From Candidatus Aenigmatarchaeota archaeon (GTDB lineage Archaea; Aenigmatarchaeota; Aenigmatarchaeia; GW2011-AR5; JAGGXF01): a stretch of DNA of 33,687 nucleotides. Under the pieces are notes generated by a model. That model did not search any database, was not told the origin of the DNA, and saw nothing but the letters and a program-made list of their open reading frames with translations. Location of the stretch: assembly GCA_029932645.1 (NCBI GenBank), contig JAOZPR010000007.1, positions 1-33,687 of the forward strand, given 5' to 3'. Position 1 is the first letter of the stretch. Every line of letters starts with the position of its first letter. Position numbers and translations under genes: made by a program. Shown here one piece after another: positions 27,044-33,687 of the stretch.

Positions 27044-28003
27044 ATGTTTGATAAAAAAATCAATCTGAAACTAAAAAAAATAAAAGACCTGAGATATGGT
27101 GAGAACTGGCACCAGAGGGCGGCATTCTACAGTGATGAGGACGAGAAAAAGATTACATCTCTCGTAAATGCGAAGCAGTTGCACGGAAAAGAACTTTCAC
27201 TAACAAATATTCTTGACTTAGATACGGCACTTGGAATAGTAAAACAATTCGAAAAGCCTATGGCTGTTGTGATTAAACACACGAATCCATGCGGAGCAGC
27301 ATGCGATGAAAATATAACAGATGCATTCAAAAAAGCGTGGGCCGGCGATAGCTTGTCTGCGTTCGGAAGCATTGTCGGTTTTAATCGAGCTGTTGATGAA
27401 GAAACGGCAAACGAAATCTCAAAGAAATTCGTTGAGGGTATACTCGCACCCGATTTTGATAACGATGCTCTAGAAATTCTGAAAGAGAAAAAGAACATCC
27501 GCCTGATATCAACGGGTACTTTTGAAAAAGAAGAACCAAAAATGGACATAAAGAAAGTTGTGGGTGGCTTTATAGTCCAAGAATATGACAACTATCAACT
27601 GAATGAAAATGACCTAAAAGTTGTCACAAAGAGAAAACCGACTGCCAAAGAATTTGAGTCATTGTTATTTGCTTGGAAGATATTAAAATTTGTTAAGTCT
27701 AATGCTGTTGTTCTAGCAAAAGACGAACAAGTAATCGGTGTTGGTGCCGGACAGATGAGCAGGATAGATGCACTGAAGGTTTCCCTGAGGAAAGCAAACG
27801 AAATGGGTTTTGATACAAGTGGCGCTGTTCTTGTGACAGACTCGTTTTTCCCATTCAGAGATTCTGTCGATATGGCAGATGAAAATGGGATAAAAGCCAT
27901 AATGCATCCGGGCGGATCCATAAGAGACCGGGAATCAATAGACGCCTGTAATGAGCACGACATTAGCATGATATTTAATGGTATTAGATGCTTCAGACAC
28001 TAG
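27044..28003 (+). CDS. purH: AICAR transformylase (C-terminal half of PurH)
   Basis: LRYGENWHQRA, QLHGKELS, IKHTNPCG, SAFGSIV, VKSNAVV, GAGQMSR, DSFFPFRD, PGGSIRD, RCFRH. SD-like AGGTGA directly upstream. Confidence 0.92.
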   Translation: MFDKKINLKLKKIKDLRYGENWHQRAAFYSDEDEKKITSLVNAKQLHGKELSLTNILDLDTALGIVKQFEKPMAVVIKHTNPCGAACDENITDAFKKAWAGDSLSAFGSIVGFNRAVDEETANEISKKFVEGILAPDFDNDALEILKEKKNIRLISTGTFEKEEPKMDIKKVVGGFIVQEYDNYQLNENDLKVVTKRKPTAKEFESLLFAWKILKFVKSNAVVLAKDEQVIGVGAGQMSRIDALKVSLRKANEMGFDTSGAVLVTDSFFPFRDSVDMADENGIKAIMHPGGSIRDRESIDACNEHDISMIFNGIRCFRH

Positions 28004-28060
28004 TCAAGTTCATTATTAACGTATTAAACGTATTACAAAGAACGTGTGGGGGGTGCTTTT

Positions 28061-28672
28061 ATGTTGAATATTGGTGTACTCGCGTCCACGAGAGGAACAG
28101 ACATGCAAACTATTATAGACGAGATAGAAGCAGGAAAACTAGATGCAAAAATATCTGTTGTCATCAGCAACAAAAAAGATGCATATGCTCTTGAACGCGC
28201 AAGGAGACATAATATAAAAGCCGTTTTTATTGATGGAAAAGGCAAAGAAAGAGAAGAGTTTGATAGGGAAGTCGCGAAGGTTCTGGATGAAAACAAAGTT
28301 GGGTTAATATTGCTTATCGGATATATGAGGTATTTGAGCAGATGGTTTGTTAACAAGTATAGAAATAAAATAATGAATATTCATCCCAGTCTGTTGCCTG
28401 CCTTTGCTGGTGGTATGGATCTTAATGTACATGAGGAAGTCCTAAAACATGGCTGTAAAGTTACTGGTTGCACTTTGCATTTTGTGGACGAGGGGGCTGA
28501 CACCGGACCTATAATAGCACAAAAGGCTGTTATCATCGAAGAAGATGAAACAGTAAATTCGCTCAAAGAAAAAGTACAGCGGGCTGAACAGGAAATAATC
28601 ATAAAAGCAATCAAACTTTTCGCAGAAAACAAAATTAAGGTCGATGGGAGAAAGGTTAAAATACTCTCGTGA
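28061..28672 (+). CDS. purN: Phosphoribosylglycinamide formyltransferase (folate-dependent)
   Basis: LASTRGTDMQ, GYMRYLS, NIHPSLLPAF, GCTLHFVDEGADTGPII. Confidence 0.96.
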   Translation: MLNIGVLASTRGTDMQTIIDEIEAGKLDAKISVVISNKKDAYALERARRHNIKAVFIDGKGKEREEFDREVAKVLDENKVGLILLIGYMRYLSRWFVNKYRNKIMNIHPSLLPAFAGGMDLNVHEEVLKHGCKVTGCTLHFVDEGADTGPIIAQKAVIIEEDETVNSLKEKVQRAEQEIIIKAIKLFAENKIKVDGRKVKILS

Positions 28673-28715
28673 TTAACGGGTGTGTGACAACGATGTGCTG
28701 CTGAACGGTGAATTT

Positions 28716-29993
28716 ATGAATTACAGTGAACTAGACTATAGAAAATCTATAGACTATCTGCATAGTCTGGAAAAATTCGGTATAAAACTCGGCCTTGAAA
28801 GAATTAAAAAACTTCTCGCTGCTCTGGGCAACCCAGAGAAAGACTTTAAGACCATACATGTTGCCGGGACAAATGGAAAGGGTTCTGTATGCGCAATGAT
28901 TGCGTCTGTTCTAAAAGAAAGCAACTATAAAACCGGTCTTTATACATCACCGCATCTTATTGATTTCAGGGAGAGAATAGTTATAAATGGTAAAAAAATT
29001 CCAAAACAGAAAATCTCTGTGCTGATAAAAGACATGAGACGAGTGGCAGACAAAATGAGACCACACCCCACATACTTTGAGTTCATAACAGCGCTTGCGT
29101 TCAAATATTTCTCAGAGCAGAAGGTTGACTTCGCTGTTGTGGAAGTCGGTATGGGCGGGCGTTTTGATGCGACTAATGTAATATATCCAGAGGTATCAAT
29201 TATTACAAATGTTTCTTTTGAACACACAGAGCACTTGGGCAAAACAATCAAGAAAATTGCAAAAGAGAAGGCAGGGATAATAAAATGCGGGGGGCCTGTG
29301 ATAACGAGCGCGAAAGGCGTCGCACTAAAAGTCATAGAGAACAAATGTAAAGAACTGAAGTCAAACCTTATTATATTGGATGAAAAATCTTTTGACGAAA
29401 AAGACATGAATATAGACAACCAAAAATTTGTGCTATATGGAGTGAAAGAGGATTACAACCTGACAAGCAGACTCGTGGGAAAACATCAGATGCTGAATGC
29501 ATGTTGTGCTGTTGCCTGCGCAGAATTGCTTGGCATCAGGAAGGGTTATGTAATAAAAGGTATCAAAAATGTTTTCTGGCCTGGTCGATTTGAGGTTGTT
29601 CAGAAAAATCCGGTAATAATTTTAGACGGTGCACATAACCCGGACGGTATAAAAGCGTTGAAAAATACGCTTGTTAAAATATTCGGAAATAAAAAAATAT
29701 TTTTCGTGATAAGTATCTGCTCTGATAAGGATATTGAAAAAATGATAAGAGAGATCGCGCCGCTGGTAAAGGAAATAGTTATAACAAAACATGCGGTTAT
29801 GAACAGAGCTGCTAACCCGCTTGTAATAAAAAAACTTGCTGAAAAACATGTCAGTAAATATGCCAATAATATTGTAGTTAAAAAAACTGTCAAAACTGCC
29901 CTGAACTATGTGAGAAAAAAAGCGCGTAAAGATGATATAATATGCGTAACAGGTTCTATCTTCACTGTTGCTGGAGCTAAGGAGGTTTTGTGA
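28716..29993 (+). CDS. folC: Folylpolyglutamate synthase/dihydrofolate synthase
   Basis: HVAGTNGKGS, YTSPHL..FRERI, TYFE, EVGMGGRFDATN, WPGRFE, LDGAHNPDG, VTGSIF. Confidence 0.96.
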   Translation: MNYSELDYRKSIDYLHSLEKFGIKLGLERIKKLLAALGNPEKDFKTIHVAGTNGKGSVCAMIASVLKESNYKTGLYTSPHLIDFRERIVINGKKIPKQKISVLIKDMRRVADKMRPHPTYFEFITALAFKYFSEQKVDFAVVEVGMGGRFDATNVIYPEVSIITNVSFEHTEHLGKTIKKIAKEKAGIIKCGGPVITSAKGVALKVIENKCKELKSNLIILDEKSFDEKDMNIDNQKFVLYGVKEDYNLTSRLVGKHQMLNACCAVACAELLGIRKGYVIKGIKNVFWPGRFEVVQKNPVIILDGAHNPDGIKALKNTLVKIFGNKKIFFVISICSDKDIEKMIREIAPLVKEIVITKHAVMNRAANPLVIKKLAEKHVSKYANNIVVKKTVKTALNYVRKKARKDDIICVTGSIFTVAGAKEVL

Positions 29994-31141
29994 TGAAAAG
30001 AGCTGTAATGAAAAAGAGTATAACAAAAAACAGAGTTGTATTTGGTGGTACACTGGGCTTTTTCAAATCGATGTTAACAGGATTTTCAATGATGCTGTTA
30101 CCTATGTATTTTTCTATGATGAACATCTCACTTATTTCTTACGCGCTTCTGCTTACGGTAGGAGATTTAGTCGCGTTCCTAATAAAACCTGTTATAGGAT
30201 ATTTCACGGACAGGCATGGAGAAAAAAAGTTCTTGGTCGGTGGTATAATTTTATACACCTTTTCATTGTTCCTTATTGGACAGACCACCTCTCTATTCAA
30301 TATTGCAATGTTACAGGTTATTATGGGTGTATCAAGTGCTTTTCTGTTATCTATTATAATAATATTCGCCCTGCGAAATGTTCAGAAAAACCCTGATAAA
30401 AAAGTTGGGCTTTTTGGTGCGATACAGAGCGCCGGTTGGATTTTCGGTCTTTTGCTTCCGGGTTTTCTCATAGATAAGCTTGGTATAGGAGCGGTATTTT
30501 ATTTGTGTCCTGTCATAGGTATTGTTCTCGGCCTTCTTGTTTTGAATGTAAAAACAAAATTCAAAACACGGACAAGGCCATCTCTCAGCTTTGTCAAAAA
30601 AATTCCTCTTCCACTTATATACAAAACAATAGACATGGCTGTGTTCAATGCATTTCTTATATTTTTTATAAGATATGCCTTAAAGACATTATCACTCAGC
30701 AAAAGTATGATATCGATGATTGTTGCGTTTGAATGTCTTGTTTTTGTGCTATCAGAATATGGGCTTAGTAGAATATCAAACCAACAGCGGAGAAGAAACT
30801 GGATACCACTTGGTATGTTGATTCATGCCATTGGCATTGCTGTTATGCTGTTCGGCACCAACCTGGCACACTATTTTGCCGCAGCCGGATTGATAGGGTT
30901 TGCTGGCGCATTTATAGACATCTGGGTATTTTCATACATTAGTGAAAATGTCTCTATAAAGAACAAAGGCAAGGTCATTGGCACGGTCGACTGGAGCAGA
31001 GAACTTGGAACAATCTTTGGGGCACAGGTGCCTGCATGGTTTGTATTTTTGTCTGTGAACCCATTTGCATCGATTTTTATATTTCCTTTTATAGGTTTAG
31101 TTACAAATCTAATAAATAAGAAGAAAAGAAAGAGGGTGTGA
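29993..31141 (+). CDS. Major facilitator superfamily transporter
   Basis: ~12 hydrophobic segments and MFS motif A-like [11 protein letters not shown]. Translationally coupled to folC (TGATG). Confidence 0.9.
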   Translation: MKRAVMKKSITKNRVVFGGTLGFFKSMLTGFSMMLLPMYFSMMNISLISYALLLTVGDLVAFLIKPVIGYFTDRHGEKKFLVGGIILYTFSLFLIGQTTSLFNIAMLQVIMGVSSAFLLSIIIIFALRNVQKNPDKKVGLFGAIQSAGWIFGLLLPGFLIDKLGIGAVFYLCPVIGIVLGLLVLNVKTKFKTRTRPSLSFVKKIPLPLIYKTIDMAVFNAFLIFFIRYALKTLSLSKSMISMIVAFECLVFVLSEYGLSRISNQQRRRNWIPLGMLIHAIGIAVMLFGTNLAHYFAAAGLIGFAGAFIDIWVFSYISENVSIKNKGKVIGTVDWSRELGTIFGAQVPAWFVFLSVNPFASIFIFPFIGLVTNLINKKKRKRV

Positions 31142-31146
31142 ATAAA

Positions 31147-31530
31147 ATGAAGGTGTTGATTATAGCAGGGAGCGAGTCTGATATGAAAATCGCCAAGAAA
31201 GCCGCTGGTGTGCTTGATCAATATAATATAAAATATAATATAGAAGTTGCTTCGGCGCACCGAGAACCGGATAAAGTTGAAGAGCTTGTAAAAAAAGATT
31301 ATGATGTGTTTATAGCGATAGCCGGACTCTCGGCAGCGCTCCCAGGTTTCATTGCGTCGCACACGAAGAAACCTGTTATCGGTGTGCCCGTATCAGCGAA
31401 ACTTGGCGGACTCGATGCGCTGTTGTCAATAGCACAAATGCCCAAAGGTGTTCCTGTTGCCTGCGTCGGCATAGACAACGGGCAAAATGCAGCACATCTC
31501 GCTGCTCGAATACTTGGCCTGGCTGATTAA
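31147..31530 (+). CDS. purE: AIR carboxylase / N5-CAIR mutase PurE (short archaeal form)
   Basis: [42 protein letters not shown]. Confidence 0.96.
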   Translation: MKVLIIAGSESDMKIAKKAAGVLDQYNIKYNIEVASAHREPDKVEELVKKDYDVFIAIAGLSAALPGFIASHTKKPVIGVPVSAKLGGLDALLSIAQMPKGVPVACVGIDNGQNAAHLAARILGLAD

Positions 31531-31557
31531 TTTTCGGCTGATTGGTGTGGTGCTTTC

Positions 31558-32487
31558 ATGAAGCTTCTGAAAAAGGGGAAAGTTAAGGATGTTTATGAAC
31601 TTGATGAAGATAGTCTAAAGTTTGTCTTTTCAGACAGAATCTCTGTCTTTGACAAAATAATTCCAAGTGAAATTCCTCGAAAGGGCGAAACCTTGTGCAA
31701 AACAAGCGCGTTCTGGTTTGAAAAACTTGAGAAGAAAAACATAAAAACCCATTTTATAAACCTTGATGGTCAGAATGCGATGAATGTAAAAAAATTTAGA
31801 ATCTTAGAAAGACCTACTTCGAAAGATAATAATTATTTTATACCGCTGGAAATTATATGCCGCTGGTTCGTGGCCGGTTCTTTGTTCGACAGGATAAAAC
31901 GGGGTGAGGTGAAGTCGGAGGAGTTGGGATTCGCCCCAGACCACATCGTTAAATATGGCGACAAACTGCCTGCGCCGTTCATAGAATTCACGACAAAACT
32001 AGAAAAGGTGGATAGAGAACTTACAGAAGAAGAGGCCGCAGAACTCGCGGGCCTCAAAAAAGAGGATATAAAAAGGATAAAAGAATTGGTCATAAAAATA
32101 GACCAGATAATAAAAAAACAGGTTGAAAAAAATAACTTGATTCATGTTGACGGGAAAAAAGAGTTCGCGTTTGACGAGAGTCGTGAACTGGTTGTAGTAG
32201 ACACATTTGGTACAGCAGACGAAGACCGTTGGTGGGACAAAAATGAATATGACAAAGGAAATATAGTAGAAATCAGTAAAGAATTTGTAAGACAACATTA
32301 TAGAAAAACCGGATATAAAAAAATCCTTGATGCGGCACGGAAATCTGGAAAAGACATACCAATACCACCCTTACCAAATAATTTAATAAAAGAAACGAGC
32401 AAACTTTATATTAATCTCTTTGAGAGAATAACCAATAAAAAAATCGATGACACTGTATTTGTTGATACACATGATTCATCCAACTGA
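31558..32487 (+). CDS. purC: SAICAR synthetase
   Basis: GKVKDVY, SDRISVFD, IPRKG, PLEIICR, EFTTK, VDGKKEF, DTFGTADEDR, SKEFVR. Confidence 0.95.
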   Translation: MKLLKKGKVKDVYELDEDSLKFVFSDRISVFDKIIPSEIPRKGETLCKTSAFWFEKLEKKNIKTHFINLDGQNAMNVKKFRILERPTSKDNNYFIPLEIICRWFVAGSLFDRIKRGEVKSEELGFAPDHIVKYGDKLPAPFIEFTTKLEKVDRELTEEEAAELAGLKKEDIKRIKELVIKIDQIIKKQVEKNNLIHVDGKKEFAFDESRELVVVDTFGTADEDRWWDKNEYDKGNIVEISKEFVRQHYRKTGYKKILDAARKSGKDIPIPPLPNNLIKETSKLYINLFERITNKKIDDTVFVDTHDSSN

Positions 32488-33625
32488 TTATAGATATCTC
32501 GTAAAAGAGCTTGACCCCTATCTGTCAGATGAAGCTTTCTTAGGGTATAAGCTAGCTGTTGAAGCTGCTTATATAAAAGCCTTAGCAAACGTGGGTGTGT
32601 GCCCAGAGGATGTGGCTAGAGAAATCTCAAAAAAAGCCAACATAAACACCGTGACACCAAAAAAGGTCAAAGAAAAAGAAACTGAACTTAAACATGACAT
32701 TCGTGCAATGGTAGATGTTCTCGCTGACGCTGTATCAGAAAGAGCTAAACCTTTTGTTCATCTTGGCCTGACATCGTATGATGTTGTAAATACCGCGCAA
32801 GCACTGATGCTGAAAGATGTTACAAAAGATGTAATAATACCAAGCATGATAGAACTTGAAAAGAAATTAATAATACTTGCTGAAAAATACAAAGACACTG
32901 TCCAGATCGGGAGAACGCATGGCCAGCATGCAGAACCAATAACATTCGGCTTCTATCTGGCAGGATATGTTGACCGCTTTGGCGAAGCCATCGAGAAAAT
33001 AAGAGGGGCCGTAGAAGAACTTAGAGGAAAGGTAAGTGGGGCAGTTGGAACAAAAGCCGGTTTGGGAATAGTTTATGACTCACCTGAAAAACTAGAAAAA
33101 ATCATGATGAGCGAGTTGGGTATAAAACCGGCGAGGATAACAACACAGATTGTTCCACCAGAATATCTTGCTGATTACTTTTCCCAGTTGTTAATAGCGT
33201 TTTCAACGATGGCTGATTTCGCAAACGATATGAGACATCTGCAGAGAACAGAGATAGGAGAAGTTTCAGAACAGTTCAGCGCAGGTCAGGTTGGATCATC
33301 AACAATGCCGCAGAAAAGGAACCCAATAAGCTGGGAAAACATTGTTTCCCAATGGAAGGCAGTTATGCCTCATATTATATCTGTATACATGGACATCATA
33401 TCAGAACATCAAAGAGACCTGACCAACTCTGCATCTGCGAGATATTACATACCTGAAATAATAAACGCGTTTGTTTACTCTATAAAGCGAACTAAAAAAA
33501 ATCTTGATGGTCTTGTCATAAATGAAAAGAAAATGAAAAAAAATCTTGAAATGACTGGTACTGCTCTGGCAGAACCTGTCTATATCATGCTCGCAATGGG
33601 CGGGCATACCAATGCCCATAAATAG
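32471..33625 (+). CDS. purB: Adenylosuccinate lyase; C-terminus interrupted by an in-frame TAG and a 1-nt deletion near the window edge
   Basis: HPTDYRY, KHDI, HLGLTSYD, GRTHGQHAEP, SGAVGT, GSSTMPQKRNP, HQRDLTNS. Protein-like sequence continues past the TAG (VKKMVNEALK / SGTPLSELIKK). Confidence 0.93.
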   Translation: MIHPTDYRYLVKELDPYLSDEAFLGYKLAVEAAYIKALANVGVCPEDVAREISKKANINTVTPKKVKEKETELKHDIRAMVDVLADAVSERAKPFVHLGLTSYDVVNTAQALMLKDVTKDVIIPSMIELEKKLIILAEKYKDTVQIGRTHGQHAEPITFGFYLAGYVDRFGEAIEKIRGAVEELRGKVSGAVGTKAGLGIVYDSPEKLEKIMMSELGIKPARITTQIVPPEYLADYFSQLLIAFSTMADFANDMRHLQRTEIGEVSEQFSAGQVGSSTMPQKRNPISWENIVSQWKAVMPHIISVYMDIISEHQRDLTNSASARYYIPEIINAFVYSIKRTKKNLDGLVINEKKMKKNLEMTGTALAEPVYIMLAMGGHTNAHK

Positions 33626-33687
33626 GTGAAAAAAATGGTAAACGAGGCGCTAAAAGTGGCACACCGCTTTCTGAACTGATTAAAAAA

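Noticed and set aside
1772..33619. The many antisense or alternate-frame ORFs in the track (e.g. 2778-3134, 4696-5328, 12812-13396, 21605-22279, 29968-30396)
   Set aside because: They overlap well-supported genes, have the S/F/I/L-rich composition expected from the reverse of A-rich coding DNA, and show no recognisable motifs or start signals.
33623..33625. TAG read-through or recoding (pyrrolysine, alternative code) in purB
   Set aside because: TAG is the normal stop of cdc48, purS, purQ, the purH C-half and the HTH-PRT gene at their expected C-termini. No pyl genes are visible, and a frameshift follows immediately.

Overview
Archaeal chromosomal window. The archaeal-type MAT, Cdc48, RadB, Lhr, type II MetAP, TATA-box promoters and GGTG/GGAGG Shine-Dalgarno sites establish the domain. 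A DPANN affiliation (e.g. Aenigmarchaeota-like) is my impression from protein style and is not proven. (i) 1-~1060: AT-rich accessory stretch with two small envelope-type genes separated by repeated, bottom-strand-folding hairpins and inverted repeats, resembling a gene-cassette or attC-like arrangement. (ii) 1179-12403: housekeeping block with a membrane protein carrying an Sm-like domain, mat, a divergent HTH-CBS regulator, metallophosphoesterase + Lhr helicase, map, a catalytically dead class I glutamine amidotransferase, and cdc48 with a small upstream ORF behind a triple 11-bp operator, divergent from radB. (iii) 12483-end: a ~21 kb co-oriented nucleotide/one-carbon cluster: guaB, pyrG, an HTH-PRTase (PurR-like) regulator, then purS-purL-purQ-purF-purD-fthC-glyA-yggS-folD-purH(split in two)-purN-folC-MFS transporter-purE-purC-purB. 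purB is disrupted in the last ~65 bp of the window. Best candidates for new biology: a PRPP-regulated purine super-operon with its own folate salvage module, the cassette-like hairpin system at the left end, the cdc48 operator, and pervasive micro-duplications of gene ends in the spacers. No RNA genes, CRISPR arrays or transposases/integrases were seen.
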